Origin: Octopus sinensis | Taxonomy: Eukaryota | Length of the DNA: 64,000 nucleotides | Assembly (NCBI RefSeq): GCF_006345805.1 | Contig: NC_043007.1 | Location: forward strand, 55,552,001-55,616,000 | Direction: 5' to 3' | Made by a program: the position numbers and the translations under genes | The notes under the pieces: model-generated | The model's database searches: none | What the model saw: the letters and a program-made list of their open reading frames with translations, nothing else | What the model was told of the DNA's origin: nothing | Part shown: piece after piece, positions 54,894-64,000 of the stretch | Position numbering within the stretch: the first letter of the stretch is position 1 | Layout: every line of letters starts with the position of its first letter

Positions 54894-55187
54894 AAAAAGA
54901 TTTGAATAACACCTGCTTTTAACTCCATTAATTTATGTATGTATGTATGTATGTATATATGTATCTATCTATCTTGTTGCATTTCGAGATGGCTATTTTT
55001 TTTACCAAATAAACACATGCACTGTATATTCGTTCTTCACTCGTTTATTACTCTTCTTATTTTAACTCATGTCCATTGTCCGAAAATCTTTCGTTATACA
55101 TCTGTGAACTCTTCAGTAAGACTTTCCGTCCTTGTGTGTGCTGCTGCTCCTCTTGGTCGACTGTTGTTCCATCCATCCATCTATCTA

Positions 55188-55249
<62 letters not shown>

Positions 55250-55254
<5 letters not shown>

Positions 55255-55920
55255 ATAAAACGGTAAGATAACAAAAGAAAGTAAGAGACCTCAATATTAT
55301 GTAAATAGAGGAAATTTATCTATACAATATGTTACATTACTCGGTAGTCAAGATAAAACTCTGAGTTTCAGATGCCGAAGTGGAAATCCACAACACCATC
55401 TCTTCGGTTATCTGGCTATTTGAAAACGTTATGAAAAAATACCGTTAAAAATGAAGGGAAATTACTCTGTTATAACTCTGCTTTGCCTGCGTACTTATAC
55501 ATCGCTCGCATTTTTCGTCATAAAAATTATATAAAAATACATAAAAATATATAAAAATATATAAAAATATATAAAATCTTCTTGGGACATAACACAGAAA
55601 GCATGTTCTATCCGTTTTCTTTAGGGGACCAAAAACGTAACAGAAATTTAGTCACATGTGGGCATGATCCGAAAAGCTCTGTCCTTGTATTTAGACATGT
55701 GGTAGGGTCTAAGCTGCTTTTCCAGATAAGCCATCTCTCCATGTCGCATAAACCGCACCTTCCGCTGCCGTTAGTATAGGGCTTACATCTGGCCAAAATC
55801 TTCCATTGTATGTTATAATCGACACCTTTATCTCTTAACAGCGACACAATTATCCAATCATATTTGGTCTTTAAGAGATAAAGGTGTCGATTATAACATA
55901 CAATGGAAGATTTTGGCCAG
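55250..55920 (-). mobile_element. Naiad-like PLE 3' fragment with a 50-bp 5' inversion
   Basis: DYNIQWKILARCKPYTNGSGRCGLCDMER..LNTRTELFGSCPH; 55789-55838 is inverted at 55872-55920. Confidence 0.85.
55350..55414 (-). ncRNA. Variant hammerhead (U4C core)
   Basis: agataa-CCGAAGA-gatg..catc-t-GAA-ACTCAGAGT-T|ttatct. Confidence 0.6.
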
Positions 55921-56151
55921 AAATTACTGCCATTCCACATGAAATGACCCGCCGAGTTATTGACAACTTTCGTGAACGGCCTTGACAGTGTGTGGACAAT
56001 AATGGATCCCATTTGACTGATTTAATTTTTAACACATAATGAAACAAAATGGCATTATATGTACTTTTCAAAAATAAAAACACTTTTTTGTTTCTTTACT
56101 TCATTTGCCTTTTATTTAACCTACAAATGTGTCAGATCATTTTGCCTGACC

Positions 56152-56154
<3 letters not shown>
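55921..56154 (+). mobile_element. Tc1/mariner-superfamily 3' end with TIR
   Basis: ITAIPHEMTRRVIDNFRE..QCVDNNGSHL; ends gatcattttgcctgaccctg|TA. Confidence 0.7.
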
Positions 56155-56527
<373 letters not shown>

Positions 56528-57028
56528 AATATACATTAGGTACAGGCCATCATCAACGAGCGAAAAACACGTAAAAACACGAGAGGTAAGTATAGGTAAA
56601 TTACCAAAACATGCCCAATAAGAATAGGACATCAACAACGTGTGAAAAATACGTAAACACGTAACGAGAGACTAGAACGCGACAAAATACCAAAAGATGT
56701 CTTACTCCTCCTCAGTTGCTGACTGTTTATTATTCCCTATTTCGAGTTCAAATTTACAGAAAACACAGGACGAAGACAGGTGAAGGAACAAGCCGGTGTG
56801 TTAGTTTAGCTCTCTAGAAGAATGGAAAAGCTTTTGATGCTTAGAGTCTATGTTCTTCAACACAAACAATTAAGAGGGGGAAAATTGAGAGAGAAAAGAT
56901 GTGTAGGGATTACTAGTTTCACATGATGAAATGTTATATATATATATATGTATGGTTGGTGCTCCAGCATGACCACAGTCTAATGATTGAAACTAGAAAA
57001 AGATAAAAGGATAAAAGGATATATAAAA

Positions 57029-57428
57029 GGAGTGGCTGTGTGGTAATTAGCTTGCTTACCAACCACATGGTTCCGGGTTCAGTCCCACTGCGTGGCATCT
57101 TGGGCAAGTGTCTTCTGCTATAGCCTCGGGCCGACCAATGCCTTGTGAGTGGATTTGGTAGACGGAAACTGAAAGAAGCCTGTCGTATATATGTATATAT
57201 ATATGTATGTGTGTGTATCTTTCTGCGTCTGTGTTTGTCCCCCTAGCATTGCTTGACAACCGATGCTGGTGTGTTTACGTCCCCGTCACTTAGCGGTTCG
57301 GCAAAAAAGACCGATAGAATAAGTACTGGGCTTAGAAAGAATAAGTCCCGGGGTCGATTTGCTCGACTAAAGGCGGTGCTCCAGCATGGCCGCAGTCAAA
57401 TGACTGAAACAAGTAAAAGAGTAAAAGA

Positions 57429-57430
<2 letters not shown>
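57029..57430 (+). mobile_element. SINE S1, full length
   Basis: tRNA-like head, core cttgggcaagtgtc, tail stem-loop cagtca-aa-tgactg. Confidence 0.88.
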
Positions 57431-57468
<38 letters not shown>

Positions 57469-58188
57469 AAAGGGCTTAGTAAAATAAATTACTTTGCCGC
57501 ATACTGAACTCATTAGAAATAGTAGCTAAAAAAACTTTTTTAAAACTATTTCTAATACTTAAAGAAAACCTCTCTCATATAGTGTTTGCTCAATTCAACT
57601 CACGAAAGTATGGGGGTAAAGACATTAAAAAATCAAATGCAAAGGTTATTTGAGAACGTACGTTTCAAGATTAGTCAACTCGACATTTCTTGGTTTGGAT
57701 TTGAAAACACTGAAAGTGGGAGCATACCCTTTCGGCTTCTTATCGCTTCTGAAGATCTGCTCGAAACTAACAGTGCCAGCAAACTCAAATATGCAAGCGA
57801 AGAATTTCTGCTCTCCCCTTTCCACCAGCGTGGGTTAAAATCAGTAAACACTATGCTTTTTTCGGTAAAATCCGAGGCATTAAATAGAGAGAGATGAATT
57901 ATAATTTCAACAATTGAGGGTGAAATTAATTAATTATTAATCAATTTCACCAAGTATTCAGTATGCAAAGGGACCATTTAAGGCGAATTCAAATTATTAC
58001 ATTATATAAAAGGGCTTAGTAAAATAAATTACTTTGCCGCATACTGAACTCATTAGAAATAGTAGCTAAAAAATACTTTTTTAAAACTATTTCTAATACT
58101 TAAAGAAAACCTCTCTCATATAGTGTTTGCTCAATTCAACTCACAAAGTATGGGGGTAAAGACATTAAAAAACCAAATGCAAAGGTTA

Positions 58189-58244
58189 TTTGAGAACGTA
58201 CGTTTCAAGATTAGTCAACTCGACATTTCTATCATCAGCTCAGA
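58189..58244 (-). ncRNA. Hammerhead ribozyme D (minus)
   Basis: tctgag-CTGATGA-t aga aat gtc gagtt gac taa tct t-GAA-ACGTACGT-T|ctcaaa. Confidence 0.78.
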
Positions 58245-58697
58245 ACTCCTTGGTTTGGATTTGAAAACACTGAAAGTGGGAGCATACCCTTTCGGCTTCT
58301 TATCGCTTCTGAAGATCTGCTCGAAACTAACAGTGCCAGCAAACTCAAATATGCAAGCGAAGAATTTCTGCTCTCCCCTTTCCACCAGCGTGGGTTAAAA
58401 TCAGTAAACACTATGCTTTTTTGAATACTTGGTGAAATTGATTAATAATTAATTAATTTCACCCTCAATTGTTGAAATTATAATTCATCTCTCTCTATTT
58501 AATGCATCGGATTTTACCGAAAAAAGCATAGTGTTTACTGATTTTAACCCACGCTGGTGGAAAGGGGAGAGCAGAAATTCTTCGCTTGCATATTTGAGTT
58601 TGCTGGCACTGTTAGTTTCGAGCAGATCTTCAGAAGCGATAAGAAGCCGAAAGGGTATGCTCCCACTTTCAGTGTTTTCAAATCCAAACCAAGGAGT

Positions 58698-58753
58698 TCT
58701 GAGCTGATGATAGAAATGTCGAGTTGACTAATCTTGAAACGTACGTTCTCAAA
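58698..58753 (+). ncRNA. Hammerhead ribozyme D (plus)
   Basis: Same motif; cleavage after 58747. Confidence 0.78.
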
Positions 58754-59044
58754 TAACCTTTGCATTTGGTTTTTTAATGTCTTTACCCCCATACTTTCGT
58801 GAGTTGAATTGAGCAAACACTATATGAGAGAGGTTTTCTTTAAGTATTAGAAATAGTTTTAAAAAAGTATTTTTTAGCTACTATTTCTAATGAGTTCAGT
58901 ATGCGGCAAAGTAATTTATTTTACTAAGCCCTTTTATATAATGTAATAATTTGAATTCGCCTTAAATGGTCCCTTTGCATACTGAATACTTGGTGAAATT
59001 GATTAATAATTAATTAATTTCACCCTCAATTGTTGAAATATATA

Positions 59045-59822
59045 TATATATATATATATAACGGGAAGGTTTACGAAAATAAACAAAAGACGAAGGCAGG
59101 TGGAGTACAAACAAGCAAATGTATTAGTATGGCGCTCAGGAATAGAAATAGAACTTTTACGTTTCGAGCCTACGCTCTTCGACAGAAAGATACACAGAAA
59201 AAAACAAGGAGAGAAACAAGGAGAGAAAAAAATGCGTGTAGGAGCTAACGATCTATCATGGCGTTCTGACTTCAGGCAGAGGTCAGAGGTCAGACGTTAG
59301 TAGCTAGAGGGACAGTAGGGGAGATAACAGGGTCAAGTGACTCACAAAACGAAGGTGGCCCCAACATAAAGGTGCGTGTGTGTATAAGAGAGTGTGTATG
59401 TGCGTGTGAAAGAGGGCTCGTGGGAGGGGAGAGGCGGAGAGGGAGGGGAGAGGCGGAGAGGAGGGGAGAGGCGGAGAGGAGGGGAGTGGTAGGGAGAGAA
59501 GAGGAGTGAGGGAGCAGAGAGAAAGAGAGAAGGGGAAGAGGGAAGAAGAGAGAAGAAGAGAGAAGAAGGGGGAAGAAGGGGGAAGAAGGGAAATAAGAAA
59601 AGAGGAGGGAAAGAGAGTAGGGGTGAAAAGATGAAAGACTGAAGAGAAGTAGGAGTCGGGGGAGGTTAGATGAAAAGGGAGGGAGAGTTGAGCCCAAATA
59701 GCGTAAAAGAGCGATGATAGGAAATTTAATCCCTGTTCACGGCGCAAGCGGGAATCCGGATGGCCTCTGTGCAAGGACAATCCGAACAAGGAGTGACCGG
59801 TGGTGTGGAAATGGCGTGATAC
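59045..59822 (-). mobile_element. PLE 3' end (GIY-YIG tail, purine/pyrimidine-rich pLTR, variant HHR at 59154-59189)
   Basis: TPVSRHFHTTGHSL..DSRLRREQ; cttt-CTGTCGA-a-gagc gtag gctc-GAA-ACGT-A|aaag. Confidence 0.7.
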
Positions 59823-59834
59823 CGGAGTGTCATA

Positions 59835-60782
59835 TATATATATATATAAATATATACGACGATCCTCCGTTTGAAGTAATGCATCGGTCTAGACGCGTTG
59901 GAAGCAGTCCTAGAACTCTTGCGAAGTGATGCCTTTTAACGTCTTCGTCGTTTTTTCTTCAACTCTTCCTCATCGGCATCATTCAGTGGAAAAAACAAGT
60001 TGCTGGGAGCAAGATCGGGTTAATAGAGACAGTGGGTAAACGGGTTCATGCCATTTTTGGTCAAATATTGTCTCACACTCAAGGCAGTGTTTGAAGGGGC
60101 ATTGTTGTGATGAAACCACCACTCCCCAGTTTGCCAGTGTCTCGCAAATGCTTCAGAATTGCCAAGTAAAATTTCTGGTTAACAGTTTCAATAGGAGGAA
60201 CAAACATTGTGGACAATTTCTCTCGCATCGATGAAACAAATCTGCACCGCCTTGACATTGGACTTCACTTGACGCACTTTTGTGGGGCGTAGTGACATTG
60301 AATACTTCCATTGACTTCCATTGACTTGGCGCTAATTATTTGGCAACGGTCCTACAAGATCAGTTGATGAATCTTTGTGATATCTTCATTCATTCAGGAA
60401 GTCAACTGTCTTCAGGCGAGAAGTGATCATTCCAGAAGTGTGAAAACCACTTGTAGACTTGTGTTTTGCTTTATGACAGCGCTCTTGTAACTTGTTTGAA
60501 GCATGAAAACTGTTTTGGCCGCCGTTTTCCCCAGCAGAAAACATAATTTCAAAGAAGCAAGCTGTCCCTCCGTTTCAGCGATTGCAAAAATCGACAAATA
60601 GAGGAGAAAAAACTGAAAAAACAAAGACGCAACACGTGGCCGTACGATCCAAGTTGACAATGCCGATCGGCAGTCTGATACCTGAGAGTTGTATCAAGTG
60701 GCTTCTAGCAGCGGAAGCCCGTACTACAACGGGCTCGTCTCACAGAATACGTTTCCGGTTACTTTGGGATACCACCTCGTAT
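59835..60782 (-). mobile_element. Decayed mariner transposon
   Basis: LKLCFLLGKTAAKTVFMLQT.. (HTH), PDLAP motif, TIR tacgaggtggtatcccaaagtaaccggaa next to TA. Confidence 0.85.
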
Positions 60783-60799
60783 ATATATATATATATATA

Positions 60800-62121
60800 T
60801 TGAAAAAATGAGATTAAAAAATTCCAAGGCTGTAAATAGTTTTCAGAACATTTATAAATAAATGGTCTTACAGATGTTTCCGGAATACTTTATATATCCC
60901 TTCCTCAGAGATGCTGTGAGAAAATGTTTGAGTATTAATTATTATAGAGAAGATATGATATACAGAAGGAAGTGAGAGAATGAAAATAGAAGTGAGATAC
61001 ATAAGGATACTGTATTTGCACTTCCATTATTCAAGTAGAATGGTGTATATAAGTTGTGAAGAAGTTTCCTGTACCTTGTGTGGGAGTTCCAATGGTAGTT
61101 ATATTTGGCCATTCCAAGCATAGAGTCTTGTAAAGAGTGTTGTTCGATCGAGTGGGGTTTTGGTGTGAATTAAAATTTAGAAATGTGTTTGTAATGTTAA
61201 TGGATAGATGGAGGGAGGAGAGATGTATATGATTAGAAAGAGGAGATAGATCAAATCAAAAACAGGAAGGGAATGGGAGGAAGAAGAAAGAAAAAAGGGA
61301 GGGAGACAAAAAGGAAATGAAGAAAGAAGGGATGAAATTAAACGAGTGAGGGTGTATTAACTAGTTGTCAGGATAAAATGATAGGAGGGAGGGAAAGGTG
61401 AGAGGAGAGAAAGGAAGAGATGAGAGAGTAAAGAGTAAAAGAACGTGAGGGATGTGAGCAGGGGTGGTGTGATAGAACTGCATTAAGGGATGGGTATACA
61501 AAAGGTAGAGAGAAGGTACGGGTAAGGTGATGTGTAAGTGGGTATTAGTATTGGTAGTAAAATTGAGGTGGAATAAAGAATATAAAGAACGAAGAATATA
61601 AGTCAAGTTGCTATAAATAGCCATGTGTGATAGGTTAGTGATAAGTAGGAAAAGAAAGAATATATATCTGTGAATATGTATACACACATACGTACCCACC
61701 CCCACCTATATATATATATATATAGACATATGCACACTTCAACACATACATACGCATACAAACTCATGTATGTTCACGCGCATTCACACATGTACACATC
61801 CATTCGTATCTATTTTTGTATATATAAATTTTGCAAATGTAAATGTATGCATACAAACATACACACGCGCATAATCGTATGTAGGTGCTTATATACACAC
61901 ACACGCGCGCGCACACACAGGCGCGTATGTGTGCATACATATATTTACATATACCCACATACAAATCCATACTTATATAAAATATCTACACATATACTCA
62001 TACATACTCTATGTACCCGTTTGCATGCTCATATATGTATACACACACATACATACACACACACATATATATACGTATATACATATATACATATTCAAAC
62101 ATACATGTATTCGTTTATGTG

Positions 62122-62160
<39 letters not shown>

Positions 62161-63450
62161 ACACACACACATACATATATATATAATTAAATGATTGTGA
62201 TCCTAAAGTAAGAAACAGTGAGTTAAATACGGATTAGAATTTAAAATGGAGATTCATAAGGTTGTTGGGGGTTACCTACGGGGTATTGCGGAAATATACT
62301 ATGTTGTTATCTAGGCATTTAAGTTTGTGGTAGAATTTGAAGGTATGAAAAAAGCGGAGGCTGCATATACTTAAGGCCTCATTATGTTTATTTAGTAGTG
62401 TTGAAGAGATGTGCTTTAATATGTGGAGTGCCCCCTTCAGGCAAAACTTTCAGGTTGAGCGTTGACCTTGGTGAGGAAGCCCTGTATCTAATATGGACCA
62501 TGACAATGTGTAGGGTATATTTGTATTTCTTAGATGATATATGTGATTGGCTAGTGCTGTAGATTTACTATGTTTATCGTATCTAAAGAATGGAGGTGAG
62601 TGGCATATCGTTGTTTAAAATTTATGGCTGATCCTATATATGTGGCTGTAGAATTGTGTAATGTGTTAAGGACAGTGCGTTTATAAATTACGTTATATCT
62701 TCTACAATGGGTTTGTAAAGGGCAGATGGCCCCAGGACGGCAGTTACAAGTGGGTGAATTTTGGAGATGGTTTTCAGGAATGGACGAGGTAATATTATCA
62801 GAGGAGAGGCTAGAGAAGGGGGTAGAAAGGTCCAACTATTAGTATTATTAATGTTATTATTACTATTATTGTTATTACAACTATTGTTGTTATTAGTTGC
62901 ACTATTTGTAAGAGTGGTAGAGGTTGTGGTGGTGTTCCGGGTAGTGCTAGTAGGATGGATTGAGTTGTGGTTATGGTCTAATGTAAGGATATTGTGCATG
63001 TTGAGCGTTCGTGTATCTAGAGTTGTAACTACGTGAGTTTTGATAGTAGAGAGAAAACGTTTGTTTATTAGAGGCTGCTATGATAGATTCGAAGTTGGGT
63101 GGTGCAGAATAGGATAGCTTCAGGGTGGATCTATTAAAAATAGAATAATATTTATGTTGACGAGGGAAGTTGTAGTCCAATATTTTAAAGAAGGTTTTAG
63201 TTAAGTTCTTAACATTAAGCGAGAAGCGGGGTGTGTACCATAGCATTGAGCGTCCGCCACTTTTTTTTGAGAATGGAGTGCTATCTACATTTTTGGACAA
63301 AGGAGGTGGGTAGCAATGCCTGTTGTTGTTAGCTATTTTGGCTGCTTTAGTTTTTGACCTAGTGTTAAATATATGCGTGCGGGGTCCAGGTTGTCTAGAT
63401 GCAAGATGTTTTTGTAAATTTATGTTCTAAAAAATTTCCTGTAATTTCGA
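60800..63450 (-). mobile_element. Decayed Naiad-like PLE (C-terminal half plus pLTR)
   Basis: LWYTPRFSLNVK..FNRSTLKLSYS; TCNCRPGAICPLQTHC..VIYK..YIGS..FKQRY..H; HHR at the 3' end. Confidence 0.85.
60864..60914 (-). ncRNA. Hammerhead ribozyme in pLTR
   Basis: catct-CTGAGGA-a gggatat ataaa gtattcc g-GAA-ACATCTGT-A|agacc; same family as 23251. Confidence 0.72.
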
Positions 63451-64000
63451 TTTCTGAAGATTATTAAATATTTGAACTACAAGCTTTTCACAAATTTAAA
63501 TATTTGTTGCATTCACTGCGGAGTAGATTTAATAAACAATATTAATTCGTTGCAGCGAAATTTTTTTTCATTTTCAACAGTACCTCCTCTCTTTTGCTCT
63601 ATTTTCATTAATAATAATTTAATATATATTCATTTCAAGTTTTATTTCGCTATTTACAAAACCCACAGTTTATTCTATATAGGTAATGTAAAAAACAAAT
63701 ATTTATTGAATGAATGAATGCTATTAGACAAAACAGCTGTATAACTTTGAAGCTTATTTTTGATAAAATGAAATTGTTTAATATACTGGTATGATTTAAA
63801 AAAACTTATGAAGTGATTTTGTTGGTATGGCTGTTTGGAATGCTTATAATAATAACTATGAGGCCGCTACTATTTCTAGTACGCTAAACCTTGAAGTTTG
63901 TTTAAATTACAAATATATAACAACTACAATAAATTACTGAAAGAAATATTTACTAAGCAAGTGAGGTTTTTTTATAAATTGAAGTTTTCAGGAGAATTTA

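Larger units (their letters stand above)
51500..54935 (+). mobile_element. Rearranged Naiad-like PLE with inverted pLTRs
   Basis: RT remnants 52050-53030 and 53410-54140; 53030-53405 is the reverse complement of 51820-52205; minus-strand GIY-YIG at 54145-54560; pLTR with HHR at both ends. Confidence 0.85.
57462..59040. mobile_element. Locus D: ~560 bp HHR monomers in divergent inverted arrangement (minus 57462-58421, plus 58423-59040)
   Basis: Homologous to B; the first minus copy lacks ~20 bp that include the CTGATGA half; flanked by (TA)n. Confidence 0.9.

Noticed and set aside
56530-56900. Additional PLE pLTR with HHR
   Set aside because: Resembles the 59045 family, but the core and GAAAC are too decayed to call.
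57586-58816. Repeated ORFs MLNSTHESMGVKTLK.. in locus D
   Set aside because: They are antisense to the HHR strand, unconserved in A-C, and have no homologous motif.

Overview
AT-rich eukaryotic DNA made almost entirely of repeats. The microsatellite load and SINE families look like an octopus or other coleoid cephalopod genome; this is recognition from memory, not a search. I find no convincing host exon, rRNA, true tRNA gene or CRISPR. The window holds: (1) many decayed Penelope-like retroelements (PLEs; RT plus C-terminal GIY-YIG, of Naiad-, Neptune- and Poseidon-like types) with pseudo-LTRs and 5' inversions; (2) a near-intact CR1/L2-group LINE; (3) two ORF1-only Tx1/L1-like elements inserted into a SINE; (4) SINEs; (5) fragments of Chapaev3-like, hAT, Tc1, mariner and Helitron transposons; (6) very long (TA)n tracts. 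The main discovery is not in the ORF track. By manual pairing, about 21 type I hammerhead ribozyme (HHR) motifs have a canonical CUGANGA..GAAA..NUH core, and several more are variant or decayed. Thirteen of the canonical motifs lie in one non-coding family of ~560-600 nt monomers at four loci: A 25107-29805 (7.8 near-identical copies), B 32113-33431, C 41801-42477 and D 57462-59040. Each intact monomer has one HHR. The family shares a second hairpin, two conserved motifs and a common 3' end ~192-202 nt past the cleavage site, followed by (TA)n. This fits a retrozyme-like, probably circular-RNA-forming, non-autonomous element mobilised by PLE machinery. All ribozyme calls come from hand base-pairing, and activity is untested.
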